From contig OZ252046.1 of the NCBI GenBank assembly GCA_965247895.1, forward strand, positions 2,832,039-2,896,038: a stretch of DNA of 64,000 nucleotides, read 5' to 3'. Shown here piece after piece: positions 42,261 through 52,090 of the stretch; the first letter of the stretch is position 1; each line of letters starts with the position of its first letter. The translations under genes were made by a program, and so were the position numbers. This DNA is from Dehalococcoidia bacterium (GTDB lineage Bacteria; Chloroflexota; Dehalococcoidia; UBA2979). Under the pieces are notes generated by a model. The model saw nothing but the letters and a program-made list of their open reading frames with translations. It did not search any database and had not been told where the DNA came from.

Positions 42261-42454
42261 CTAGCCACGGGCTGCGCTACGGGCTGGCGCGGGCCGGGTG
42301 CCGGACGTGAGGCCTCGGTACGGGATCCTCAGGGCAGTCGGCGAACCCGAAGAAGCCGCAGCGATCGTCATCGTGCCCGGACGACTCGAGAGCGTCGAGA
42401 CGGCAGTGGGCCACGTCGAGCAGCGCGCTGCTCTGCACCCTCACCCTCGCGCCG

Positions 42455-43519
42455 CTACTGCAGCGGCAGCGGCGGCTGCCACCACGCCGGGCGCTCGCTG
42501 ACCTCGATGCGCTCGACCCACTTCACCCAGTGATAGCCGCGCCGCTCCGGCGCGATCACGCGAACCGGGAAGCCGTGCCCCGCGCTCAGCCGCTCGCCGC
42601 CCACGTGCGTCGCCAGCAGCAGCCCCTCCGCCTCGCCGAGGCCGAAGCGCCGCCGGTAGCCCGTCGCCGAGATCGCCTCGATGCTCTGCGCCTCGGCGTC
42701 GACGCCCGCCCGCGCGAGCAGCGCCGAGAGCGGCACGCCGCTCCAGTCCTGCCGTGTGTACCAGCCGCCGGTGCAGTCCAGCGTCGCCCTCAGCGTGTGC
42801 TGCGGGAGCGCGGCCAGCTCGCGGTAGCCGAGCGCGTACGGCTTGGCGACCGCGCCGCGCAGCTCCAGCCGCCAGGCGTCGGCGGCGATCCGCTGGCGGG
42901 TGTCGCTGAGCCAGTTGGTGACCGGGTGCGCGTTGCCCTCGAAGCTTGCCTCCTCGCGCGAGCCGGTGAAGCGCCGCTGCGGCCCGGACAGCGCCGAGGC
43001 CGCCGCGACGCCGCGCCAGAGCACGAAGCCGCCCGCGCCGACGGCGAGCAGGCGCAGCAGCGCGCGGCGGCTCGTGAAGTCCGTGTGCCGCACCCGCGGC
43101 CAGCGCAGCGCGGCGTGGAGCGCGAAGGGCGGCACGAGCGCGAAGGCGAGGACCGCGTGCAACACCAGCGGGCGCATCTCGCCGTAGAAGGGGACCGGGA
43201 GGCTGCCTCGTCCGACCGCCGCCCACCAGATGCCCGTGCCGAGCGTGCCGAGGAACAGCACCCCCAGCGCGCCCGGCGCGATCGACCACGGCCCGGCGCC
43301 GCGCCGCGCGAACGAGCGCATCACGATGCGCCACTTCCAGAGCAGCAGCGCGACCAGCGAGAGCCCGCCGAGGCCGTGCAGCCAGAACACCCAGCGGCCC
43401 TCGGGGCGGCCGACGAGGAAGCTGCCCAGCCCGGACGCCAGCTCGAGCAGCAGCAGGGCGAGGATCGCGAGGTTCACAGCGCGCGAACTCACCGGCCGCC
43501 TCCCGTCGCCGCGCATCAC
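42455..43519 (-). CDS. Membrane-anchored molybdopterin-dependent oxidoreductase (sulfite oxidase family)
   Basis: N-terminal His-containing TM helices; LDCTGGW, WSGVPL, HGFPVRVIAP, WVKWV. Confidence 0.88.
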   Translation of the reverse strand: MMRGDGRRPVSSRAVNLAILALLLLELASGLGSFLVGRPEGRWVFWLHGLGGLSLVALLLWKWRIVMRSFARRGAGPWSIAPGALGVLFLGTLGTGIWWAAVGRGSLPVPFYGEMRPLVLHAVLAFALVPPFALHAALRWPRVRHTDFTSRRALLRLLAVGAGGFVLWRGVAAASALSGPQRRFTGSREEASFEGNAHPVTNWLSDTRQRIAADAWRLELRGAVAKPYALGYRELAALPQHTLRATLDCTGGWYTRQDWSGVPLSALLARAGVDAEAQSIEAISATGYRRRFGLGEAEGLLLATHVGGERLSAGHGFPVRVIAPERRGYHWVKWVERIEVSERPAWWQPPLPLQ

Positions 43520-43866
43520 AAGGATGCACGTTACGGCGGATCGATGACAGTCGAATTGGCTGGCATGGGGACGGTGGAGCGGCGATCGCGCGCGTTGAGC
43601 ACCTCACGGGACCTCCCTCGAGACGCACCGCGCGATGCCCGCGAGCATCCCGACGACGTACATAGCCGCGCCGGGGCGTCCGCGACGCGATCGCGGATCG
43701 CATCGGGGAGTTCGAGCAGCCCGCGGTCACCGGCGTAGCCGGCAGTGGGGAAGGCGGAGCCCCCGCGTGACCGCGCTGACGAATGTTATTGACAGACTCA
43801 GGAAGGTGCCCCAAAACGTCCGTAATGGAGTAGCGACCGCAGCGGTTCGCTGCGGTCGGGTCTGCG

Positions 43867-45684
43867 TTGATCGGCTGCGGTGACGACGACGAGCAGCCTG
43901 TGGCAACGGCGGCGCCGACCACGGCGGCGACCGCTGCGGCGACCACGGCGCCAACGGCGGCGGCAACCGCTGCGGCGACCGAGGCGGCGACGGGCATTAC
44001 CCAGCCGGTCGATACGTCGGCCCAGGCGCAACCGGGCGGGATCGTCCCGAGATATACGGCCTACGCCAACCCCCCGCACCTCGACATCAATCTGCAGCAG
44101 ACAGGAGTGCAGGCGGCTGTCATAGCTGTCTATGACACGCTGCTCGAACCGGAGCCGGGGTATCTCGCCCCACCGTCGGGCGCTGTTCGCGGGGGGCTGG
44201 CCGAGAGCTGGGAGTTCCCCGATCCGCAGACGGTCGTCCTCCACCTGCGGGAGGGCGTGAAGTGGGATCCGCGACCACCGACGAACTCGCGCGTGCTCGA
44301 CTCCGAGGACGTGCTCATGACCTGGGACTCGTTCAAGGAGCAGAACACGTACCGGAAGGACTTCAACGCCGAGTTGAACCCCTTCGCACCGATCAGCAGC
44401 ATGGATGCACCCGACGCCCAGACGGTGGTCATCAACATGCCGCGCCCGAACTCGCTGGTGTTGCCCAGGCTCGCGTCTCTCAGTTCGGCGTCCTTCAACG
44501 TCACCCCGAAGGAAGCCTTCGGTACCGGGTCAAACTCCTTCGACATCCGCCAGGAAGCGCGAGGAACAGGCGCAATGCTGCTCGAGCGCTGGGAGCCGGA
44601 CGTGGAGATGATCTACCGCCGCAATCCCAACTACTGGCGGGAGAACAGGCCGTTCGTCGACGGCGTCGACGCGCACATCATCACTGAGTACACGCAACAG
44701 CTGGCGCAGTATACGTCTGGCCAGATCTGGAATACCCCGGTCGCGGCAGCCGACCTCCTCGATGTCAAGGAGCAAATTCCGGAAATCCAGGTGATGGAGA
44801 ACGATCTGCCGACCTGGTCCTACCGCTTCTGGTTCGGCCTGCTTCCGGGCAACGTGTTCCGCGACGCCCGCGTCCGCCGGGCCGCGTCCATGCTCGTCGA
44901 CCGGAAGCTGATTCAGGACACGTTCTACGGCATCCCCAAGTTCGAGAGCGCCGGATACGCGGTAACCCGGTATCTCACCACCGTCGGCATGGCGCCCTAC
45001 TACCAGGACATCTGGCTCAACCCGGAGACCGACGACTACACCCCCGAAGAGAGGATGACCTTCGAGTATCGCCCGGAGGAATCAGCGAAGCTGATTGCTG
45101 CCGCCGGGATCGACACCCCGGTGGAATACGACCTCGCCTACTGCAAGGGTCGCTATGGTGCTACCTACGAGGCCGTAGCGGAGGCGATGAAGGGTATGCT
45201 GGAGGCGTCAGGCGCCTTCAAGTTGAACCTCAAGCACGCTGACTACACTACCGCCTGGATTCCCGAATACGTCGTAAGCAGCGGCAAGGCGAAGCACCCG
45301 TTCTTCACGCCCAACGCTACGCTCGGGGCACCCATCGCACTGAAGTACGCTCTCGATTACTTCCATCAGGGCGGTACGCTTCAGAACGTCTACATCCACG
45401 CAGATGCCCCGCAGATTGAGGGCTATGCCGAAAACGAGGAGATGCTGCTGAGGGCCGTCGCGACGACCGACCTTGACGAACAGAGAGACATCCTGCAGAG
45501 CTGGCAGCGGCACATGGCCTTGTGGGCCCCCTGCATCGACGACCCGAACCCCGGCGTGGGGCCCTTCCTGCTGAACTGGCCGTGGGTGATGAACAAGCGA
45601 GTCTTCCGGGGCCACACCAAGATGGACGCCTGGACCGACCAGTGGATCGATCAGGCGAAGCTCGCCGAGCTCGGCTACGCCTAG
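43867..45684 (+). CDS. ABC transporter family-5 (peptide/nickel-type) substrate-binding lipoprotein; signal peptide disrupted
   Basis: LAESWE, LREGVKW, GTGAMLLERW, RNPNYW, DARVRRAAS; lipobox LIGC preceded by in-frame ATG GAG TAG at 43825-43833. Confidence 0.85.
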   Translation: MIGCGDDDEQPVATAAPTTAATAAATTAPTAAATAAATEAATGITQPVDTSAQAQPGGIVPRYTAYANPPHLDINLQQTGVQAAVIAVYDTLLEPEPGYLAPPSGAVRGGLAESWEFPDPQTVVLHLREGVKWDPRPPTNSRVLDSEDVLMTWDSFKEQNTYRKDFNAELNPFAPISSMDAPDAQTVVINMPRPNSLVLPRLASLSSASFNVTPKEAFGTGSNSFDIRQEARGTGAMLLERWEPDVEMIYRRNPNYWRENRPFVDGVDAHIITEYTQQLAQYTSGQIWNTPVAAADLLDVKEQIPEIQVMENDLPTWSYRFWFGLLPGNVFRDARVRRAASMLVDRKLIQDTFYGIPKFESAGYAVTRYLTTVGMAPYYQDIWLNPETDDYTPEERMTFEYRPEESAKLIAAAGIDTPVEYDLAYCKGRYGATYEAVAEAMKGMLEASGAFKLNLKHADYTTAWIPEYVVSSGKAKHPFFTPNATLGAPIALKYALDYFHQGGTLQNVYIHADAPQIEGYAENEEMLLRAVATTDLDEQRDILQSWQRHMALWAPCIDDPNPGVGPFLLNWPWVMNKRVFRGHTKMDAWTDQWIDQAKLAELGYA

Positions 45685-45825
45685 CAAGGAAGTGTGGTGG
45701 CGCTGGGTGCGCGTTTGTGAGGCGGGAGTCCCGTTAGCCGGGCCTCGCAACCTGGCAGACGGCGCTCGGCAGCCGCGTCCCAGCGCAGCAGATAATCGGC
45801 CGGGCATGCCTGGCATGGTGGCGAC

Positions 45826-46794
45826 GTGTCGTTTCAGGCATATCTAGTTCGCCGTCTAGCGCTAGGGCTTGTGACGATCTGGCTCGTCACGGTGATCGTG
45901 TTCTTCGGGCTGCGCGTTGTCATGCCCTTGTTCTATGGGGACGTCGTAGACGTCCTCACGGCTGAGTCGAGCTTTCCCGACGCGGAGCGCGAGCGCAACC
46001 TGCGCAAGCTGTACGGCCTGGACCAACCCGTCATCACCCAATACGGCAAGTGGGTGGCCGGCATGGTTCGAGGAGATCTGGGACACTCCCTGTTCAGTGG
46101 TCGTTCAGTATGGACGGACATTCAACATCGCCTCCCGGTCTCATTGGAGCTCGGCCTGATAGGGTTGTTTTCATCGGTCTTCGTGGCAGTGCCGATGGGA
46201 ATAATGGCAGCACTGCTGCAAGACCGCTGGCCAGACTACACGCTGCGCATCTACGCGATAAGTCTCACGTCGGTGCCAAGCTTCTGGATAGCGATAATGA
46301 TCATCGCGTACGGAGCGATCTGGTTTAACTGGGCTCCGCCAATCGAGTTTGCGTTCCTTCATGAAGACCCGGTTCAGCACTTCAAGATCATGCTCCTGCC
46401 GGGATTACTTATCGGCTTGACCCCGTCGGGGGCGCTTGTTCGTGTTGTTCGCTCGCAGATGCTGGAGGTGCTGCGCCAGGATTATGTGAGAACTGCACGA
46501 GCAAAGGGGCTGGCGCCATCGGGGGTGGTTCTGCGGCATGCGCTCCCCAACGCACTGATTCCGGTAGTGACCATTATTGGGCTGGAACTGCCGGGTCTCG
46601 TTGCGGGGACCGCGCTATTCGAAATCATCTTTGTCTTGCCGGGCATGGGCAACTACATCGTGACCTCGATCGGCCGGCTTGACTACCCGGTGGTCCAGGG
46701 GATCAACGTCATGTTTGCAGCGGTGATTGTCGCAACCGTCCTGTTGGTCGATCTCTCGTATGGGCTGATCGACCCACGCATCCGGTACGCATAG
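45826..46794 (+). CDS. ABC transporter permease (OppB/DppB type)
   Basis: GLDQP..QY, GDLGHS, RSQMLEVLRQDYVRTARAKGL, DPRIR. Confidence 0.93.
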   Translation: MSFQAYLVRRLALGLVTIWLVTVIVFFGLRVVMPLFYGDVVDVLTAESSFPDAERERNLRKLYGLDQPVITQYGKWVAGMVRGDLGHSLFSGRSVWTDIQHRLPVSLELGLIGLFSSVFVAVPMGIMAALLQDRWPDYTLRIYAISLTSVPSFWIAIMIIAYGAIWFNWAPPIEFAFLHEDPVQHFKIMLLPGLLIGLTPSGALVRVVRSQMLEVLRQDYVRTARAKGLAPSGVVLRHALPNALIPVVTIIGLELPGLVAGTALFEIIFVLPGMGNYIVTSIGRLDYPVVQGINVMFAAVIVATVLLVDLSYGLIDPRIRYA

Positions 46795-46804
46795 GAGGCC
46801 AGTC

Positions 46805-47728
46805 GTGGAAGGCGAAGTCGCCGGGAAGTCGACCATAGCCGGACTGGTCCGAGGTGTGCCGGGGGCAAGTGCACCAGCCTCAATCGCCCGCTTCGCCCGG
46901 CGTAAGCCGCTCGGGTTCATCGGCGCAATCATCGTGACCGGCTTTGTCGTGCTGGCGGTTTTCGCTCCAATAATCTCACCGTACGATCCAGAGCAGACCG
47001 ATCTGCGCCGCACACTCGAGCCATCCAGCTGGGATCATCTGTTTGGCACGGACAGGTCGGGTAAAGACATTCTCTCGCGGTTGATCTGGGGTTCGCGCCT
47101 GTCGATGACCGTGGGGTTCGGAGCGATCACCATCAGTGGTGTTGTGGGAACGGCTTTGGCGCTTATTGTCGTCTACACCGGTCGATGGACCGATATGCTC
47201 GTCGGGCGAGCCGTCGACGCGATGATCGCCATGCCGGCACTCATGATCCTGATCACAATACTCGGAGTTGCGCGACGGACCGACGCCAATCTCATACTTG
47301 CAATGGTGGTTGCGCTGGGTGTGCTTCGCATTGCTCCCCTGACACGTGTGTACCGCTCCGCGGTCCTCGAGATCCGCAATCGACAGTTCGTGGAAGCGGC
47401 GGAGACGACAGGCGCGGGGCCGATCCGGGTCATGTTGAGGCACATTCTGCCCAATATCATGCCCCTGATCATCGTCACCTCGACCATCGCGCTTCCAGCC
47501 ATGATCCTGGCGGAAGCCAGTCTCTCGTTTCTTGGGTTTGGCCCATCGGGCGAGACCTCGTGGGGCCAGATGCTCGCCACTGATGGGCGGCAGTACTTCC
47601 GCCAGCAGCCCGGGCTTGTGGTCTATCCGGGGATTGCAATCTTTCTTGCTGTCTTCGGGTTCAACATACTGGGGGACGCTCTTCGGGACGTACTCGACCC
47701 AAGGCTCAGGGGTTCCGAGGAGCGGTAG
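46805..47728 (+). CDS. ABC transporter permease (OppC/DppC type)
   Basis: HLFGTDRSGKDILSR, HILPN, EASLSFLG, GDALRDVLDPR. Confidence 0.93.
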   Translation: MEGEVAGKSTIAGLVRGVPGASAPASIARFARRKPLGFIGAIIVTGFVVLAVFAPIISPYDPEQTDLRRTLEPSSWDHLFGTDRSGKDILSRLIWGSRLSMTVGFGAITISGVVGTALALIVVYTGRWTDMLVGRAVDAMIAMPALMILITILGVARRTDANLILAMVVALGVLRIAPLTRVYRSAVLEIRNRQFVEAAETTGAGPIRVMLRHILPNIMPLIIVTSTIALPAMILAEASLSFLGFGPSGETSWGQMLATDGRQYFRQQPGLVVYPGIAIFLAVFGFNILGDALRDVLDPRLRGSEER

Positions 47729-47806
47729 CCCACTGCGCCTGACCTGCCCACACTGCTTGTACCACTGCCTGAGTGAGAGCCACGCCGGAGGCTTCGCGAT
47801 CGCCTC

Positions 47807-48142
47807 ATGAATCCTCTGAGGGCATCCGCCGTGTTCCTCGGGCCGCCGGCCGTCGCGCTTGCGGTCGCGTTCGCACACCACCCGGAGTTCCTGGACGCCG
47901 CCGGCGCCTCGCTGGCCTACTTCATGACCTCCTACTGGGTGGCGATCATTCCCGTGTCCGTGATTGCCGCACGGCGCCCTCCTCCTCCTCTTCCGCCGCG
48001 GTTGCACACCAGGCTCGCGCTGGCGATCGCCGGTCTCGCCGTGATGTACCTCTTCTTCTGGTGGGGCGGTCTCGGCGCCGGCGCCGCGCTCGTGATCATG
48101 GCTGCCTTGCCGCGCGCGGACTGGATTGCGCCGCGCTCCTGA
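47807..48142 (+). CDS. Small membrane protein
   Basis: GGAGG upstream; 3-4 hydrophobic segments. Confidence 0.55.
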   Translation: MNPLRASAVFLGPPAVALAVAFAHHPEFLDAAGASLAYFMTSYWVAIIPVSVIAARRPPPPLPPRLHTRLALAIAGLAVMYLFFWWGGLGAGAALVIMAALPRADWIAPRS

Positions 48143-48249
48143 TCGCGGCCGCCTCCCTCGCGCACTCGGCTGCGCCGCGCGAGCGGCCCCTCGCAAGCCG
48201 TGGTAGCGTGCGGCCCGCTGCGCTCGGACGCGGTCGGGAGGGACGAACG

Positions 48250-49338
48250 ATGAAGGTTCTGGTCATGGGCGGCACGCGCTTCAACGGGCTCGCCCTCGTG
48301 CATGAACTCGCCAGGCACGGCCACGAGGTCACGATCTTCAACCGCGGCCGCACCGAGGCGGAGATCCCGCTCGGCGTGCGCAGGCTGCTCGGCGACCGCA
48401 CGGACCACGCCGGCATGGCCGAGGTCTTCGCCGGCGAGGAGTTCGACTGCATCTACGACATCTCCGCCTACACGCCGGACGACGTGCGCGGGATGATCGA
48501 GATCTTCCGCGGCCGCACCGGCCACTACGTCTTTGCCAGCTCGACCGTGATCTACGCCGCCAGCAGCGTGCTCCCGATCACCGAGGACTCCCCCGTCGAC
48601 CGCTCGGAGAAGCAGGGCCAGTACGGCCTCGACAAGCTGGAGTGCGAGGCGATGCTGCTGGACGAGCACCGCAACAACGGCTTCCCCGCCACGATCGTGC
48701 CCTTCTCGATGGTGTTCGGGCCGAACAACATCATCCCGGAGCGCGAGCAGCGCATGTTCAGCCGCCTGCTCGCCGGCCGCCCGGTGCTGATTCCGGGCAA
48801 CGGCAGCACCCTCAGCCAGATCGGCCATGTCGACGACGAGGCGCGTGCGCTGCGGATGCTCATGCAGCAGCCGATCACCTACGGCAAGCGCTACAACCTC
48901 ACGGGCGGCGACTCCTGGACCGACGAGGGCTACGTCGACACGTTCGCCGCCGTCACCGGCGTGGAGGCGCGCAAGGTGTTCATTCCGCCCGCGGTCATGG
49001 ACCAGCTCTACGACGACGAGCTGATCCTCGACGTGAAGGACGTGGCGAGCTACCGCAACATCCGCACGGCGAGCACGAGCACGCCCGACGCGCACGTCAA
49101 CCTGCGCTTCCTGCAGCAGGTGATCCAGCGCCTCGCGCCGTACATCCACCGCTGGAATCAGGGCGCCGTCTTCAGCATCGATCGCCTGCGCCGCGACATC
49201 GGCTTCGAGCCGGACTACACCTTCGCCGCCGCGGTGGAGCACACCTACGAGTGGTACCGCCGCGAGGGCCTCTTCGAGACCCGCGAGTTCGACTTCCGCT
49301 GGGAGGACGCCCTCCTCGAGCACCTCGGCGAGGCGTGA
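48250..49338 (+). CDS. NAD-dependent epimerase/dehydratase family (atypical SDR)
   Basis: MKVLVMGGTRFNG, FNRG, YGLDK (YxxxK). Confidence 0.88.
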   Translation: MKVLVMGGTRFNGLALVHELARHGHEVTIFNRGRTEAEIPLGVRRLLGDRTDHAGMAEVFAGEEFDCIYDISAYTPDDVRGMIEIFRGRTGHYVFASSTVIYAASSVLPITEDSPVDRSEKQGQYGLDKLECEAMLLDEHRNNGFPATIVPFSMVFGPNNIIPEREQRMFSRLLAGRPVLIPGNGSTLSQIGHVDDEARALRMLMQQPITYGKRYNLTGGDSWTDEGYVDTFAAVTGVEARKVFIPPAVMDQLYDDELILDVKDVASYRNIRTASTSTPDAHVNLRFLQQVIQRLAPYIHRWNQGAVFSIDRLRRDIGFEPDYTFAAAVEHTYEWYRREGLFETREFDFRWEDALLEHLGEA

Positions 49339-49380
49339 ACGCGGAGGCGGCCACCATCTCGCGGCGAGCCGGGGGAGCCG

Positions 49381-49613
49381 GTGATGCGGACAGCGGCGGA
49401 ACTGAAGGCGCTTCGCCAGCGAGCGGCGAACATGCGGTTTCGCGAGGTGGCGGCCCTCGTCGAAGAGCAGGGCTGGACCCTCGCCCGCATCCGCGGAGGA
49501 CACCACATCTACAGCAAGGCGGGGCGCGGCGGCCGCTGGTCGTGCAGAATGACCTCCAGGTGGGCACGACGCGCGATATCATCAACCAACTGATCCGGGA
49601 GTTGGAGGGCTGA
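49381..49613 (+). pseudogene. hicA: HicA-family toxin, frameshifted in a G run at 49521-49524
   Basis: MRFREVAALVEEQGWTLARIRGGHHIYSK; adding one G continues AGARRPLVVQNDLQVGTTRDIINQLIRELEG* directly before hicB. Confidence 0.8.
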
Positions 49614-49614
49614 C

Positions 49615-49893
49615 GTGAACGTCGACGACTACATGCAGCGGCCGTACACCCGCATCCTCGAGTCGGACGAGAATGGCGGCTGGTGTGCGCGGGTGCTCGA
49701 ACTCGAAGGGTGCTTCAGCGGGGGCGACACGCCCGACGAGGCGAACCGCAACCTCAGCGAGGCGATGCGCCTCTGGATCGAGTTCCAGATCGAGCGCGGC
49801 TACGAGATCCCCGAGCCGATCGACCCGGCCACCCGCTGGGACGCCGAGGACGCGGCCGCCGCCGCCCGCCGCGAGGGCGCCCCGGCGGCGTAG
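49615..49893 (+). CDS. hicB: HicB-family antitoxin
   Basis: ELEGCFSGGDTPDEANRNLSEAMRLWIE...IPEP. Confidence 0.9.
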   Translation: MNVDDYMQRPYTRILESDENGGWCARVLELEGCFSGGDTPDEANRNLSEAMRLWIEFQIERGYEIPEPIDPATRWDAEDAAAAARREGAPAA

Positions 49894-49897
49894 CGCC

Positions 49898-50695
49898 TCA
49901 GCGCAGTTTCCACTCCGGATCACGGCGCTCGACGAAGGCGCGCGAGCCCTCGCGTACGTCGTCGGTGGTGGGGTTGGCGGCGGAGATCGCGCGGGCGTTC
50001 GCGATGCCGCCCGCCAGGCCGTGATCGAGGCTTTCCCAGACCACCTGCTTGGCCAGCCGCACGGCGTGCGGCGCGTTGCGCATCATCACCCGCGCGAGGC
50101 GCTCCGCCGCCTCGCGCAGCTCGCCGGGCGGCGCCAGCTCGCCGACGAAGCCGACCTGGAACGCGCGCTGCGCCGTCAGCCGCCCGTGGCGACCGAGGAA
50201 GAGCAGCCGCAGCGCCTCGTGCAGCGGCATCGCCCGCGCCAGCTCCGCCGCGCCCAGCGCTGGCACGAGCCCGACGCTGGTGCGCGCGTCGCTGAACCAG
50301 GCATCCTCCGAGGCGATCAGCAGGTCGCAGTCGGCGACGATCTGCATGCCGACGCCCGTGCAGACGCCGTTGACCGCGCCGATCACGGGCTTGGTCACGC
50401 CGTTCAGACGGGGCGAGACGCGCACCTCGGCGCGGTGCTGCGACTCCTCGCCGTCGGCGGCGCGGTCGAAGCCCGCGGCGCGCTCCTTCACGTCCATGCC
50501 CGCGCAGAAGGCGAACGCGCCGGCGCCGCTGATGATCGCGACGCGCGCCTCCTCGTCCGTCTCGAAGCGCCGCCACGCCTCGGGCAGGTCGACCGTCATG
50601 TTCTGCCTCGTGAGCGCGTTGCGCCGCTCCGGGCGGTTGAGCGTGATCCAGGCGATCCGGTCGCGCAACTCGTAGCCGATCTCGTGGTCGCTCAT
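49898..50695 (-). CDS. Enoyl-CoA hydratase/isomerase family
   Basis: ITLNRPERRNAL, FCAGMD, KPVIGAVNG, EGSRAFVERRDP. Confidence 0.92.
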   Translation of the reverse strand: MSDHEIGYELRDRIAWITLNRPERRNALTRQNMTVDLPEAWRRFETDEEARVAIISGAGAFAFCAGMDVKERAAGFDRAADGEESQHRAEVRVSPRLNGVTKPVIGAVNGVCTGVGMQIVADCDLLIASEDAWFSDARTSVGLVPALGAAELARAMPLHEALRLLFLGRHGRLTAQRAFQVGFVGELAPPGELREAAERLARVMMRNAPHAVRLAKQVVWESLDHGLAGGIANARAISAANPTTDDVREGSRAFVERRDPEWKLR

Positions 50696-50709
50696 CGTCG
50701 TGCTCCCCG

Positions 50710-51990
50710 CTACTCGATGACGCCGGCCTCGCGCAGCGAGGCGATCGCGGCGGGCGTCATGCCCGCGGCCACCAGCACGTCGTCGCTGTCCGCGCCCAGG
50801 ACTGGCGCGGGCCCCTGCACCCGCGTTGGCGTGTTGCTCATGTCCACCACGGGCCCCATCACCTGCTGCGGTCCGGTCAGCGGGTGTTCGAGGTGCGCCA
50901 TGAACCCCGCCGCCTGCACCTGCGGGTCGTCGGAGAGTTCCTCGGGCGCCTGGATGGGCGCGATCGGCACGCCCGCCGCGCTGAACTCCTCGAGCAGCTC
51001 CGCCGTCGTGCGCGCCGCGAGGTAGGAGGCGATCGCCTCCTCGCGGCGATCATTGAACGCCTCGTTGGCGGGGTCGTTCACGTCGAAGTCGGGATCGTCG
51101 CTGCGGTCGCCCTCGATGCCGACCATACGCCGCACGGTGTCGCGGATGCGCGGGGTGATCGCGCCGAGCTGCACGACGCCGTCGCTCGTGTCGAAGGCGC
51201 GCGAGAAGCCGCGCCAGGCTGCCTCGGAGCGGCGCGAGTTCCGTCGCGCCTCCAGCACGGCGGCGTACGGCTTGCCGTCGCCGCGCGCCGCGCGGATGCG
51301 CTCGACCATCGGGTCGCGGAAGGTCGCGTCCTCGACGGGCTCGCGCATCACCTGCGTCGGCTGGATGGAGAGCGCCGCCTGCAGCAGCGCCGCGTCGATG
51401 CGCTGGCCCTCGCCGGTGCGCTCGCGGTGGTAGAGGGCGGAGACGATGCCGACCGCCGCGGCGAGGCCTGCCCCATGGTCCGCCACCACCGAGCAGGAGA
51501 CCGTCTGCGGCACGCCCTCCGGGGACACCTTGCCGTCGCCGACGGTGAGGCCGGAGTAGGCGCAGATCACCGGGTCGTTGGCGCCGAGGTCGCTCATCGG
51601 CCCGGTCGTGCCCCAGCCGCTGATCTGGCAGTAGATCAGGTCCGGTCGCGCCTCGCGCAGTGTCTCGTAGTCGATCCCGAGGCGCTGGGCGATGTTGGCG
51701 CGGAAGTTGTTCGTCACCACGTCGAAGCCGCGCACGAGCTGGCGGATCACCTCGCGCCCCTGCGGCTGGCCGATGTCGACGACGATGCTGCGCTTGCCGC
51801 GGTTGAGCGACTGGAAGCGCTTGCCCTCGTGCGGGACGACCGCGCCCCAGTTGCGGTGGAAGTCGCCGCCCGGCCGTTCCACCTTCACCACCTCGGCGCC
51901 GAGGTCGGAGAGGATGCAGCCGAGGTACGGCCCGGCCACGATCTGCGAGAACTCCAGCACGCGGATTCCCGTCAGTGCTCCTGCGTCCAT
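50710..51990 (-). CDS. CaiB/BaiF family III CoA transferase
   Basis: LSDLGAEVVKVE, NRGKRS, NNFR, LIYCQISGWG, VADHGAG; GGAGG 6 nt before MDAGAL. Confidence 0.92.
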   Translation of the reverse strand: MDAGALTGIRVLEFSQIVAGPYLGCILSDLGAEVVKVERPGGDFHRNWGAVVPHEGKRFQSLNRGKRSIVVDIGQPQGREVIRQLVRGFDVVTNNFRANIAQRLGIDYETLREARPDLIYCQISGWGTTGPMSDLGANDPVICAYSGLTVGDGKVSPEGVPQTVSCSVVADHGAGLAAAVGIVSALYHRERTGEGQRIDAALLQAALSIQPTQVMREPVEDATFRDPMVERIRAARGDGKPYAAVLEARRNSRRSEAAWRGFSRAFDTSDGVVQLGAITPRIRDTVRRMVGIEGDRSDDPDFDVNDPANEAFNDRREEAIASYLAARTTAELLEEFSAAGVPIAPIQAPEELSDDPQVQAAGFMAHLEHPLTGPQQVMGPVVDMSNTPTRVQGPAPVLGADSDDVLVAAGMTPAAIASLREAGVIE

Positions 51991-52090
51991 CTGCATCCTC
52001 CCCACAGCGCGGGTCGCGTCGGACGCGGCCCCTGCGCATTCTGCCAAATTGATCCACTCGCGGCCGAAGTGATTCGATCCTCGACCGCCG

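Noticed and set aside
42265-42445. Short ORFs beside IS630 copy 3
   Set aside because: Under 70 codons, no RBS or motif support.
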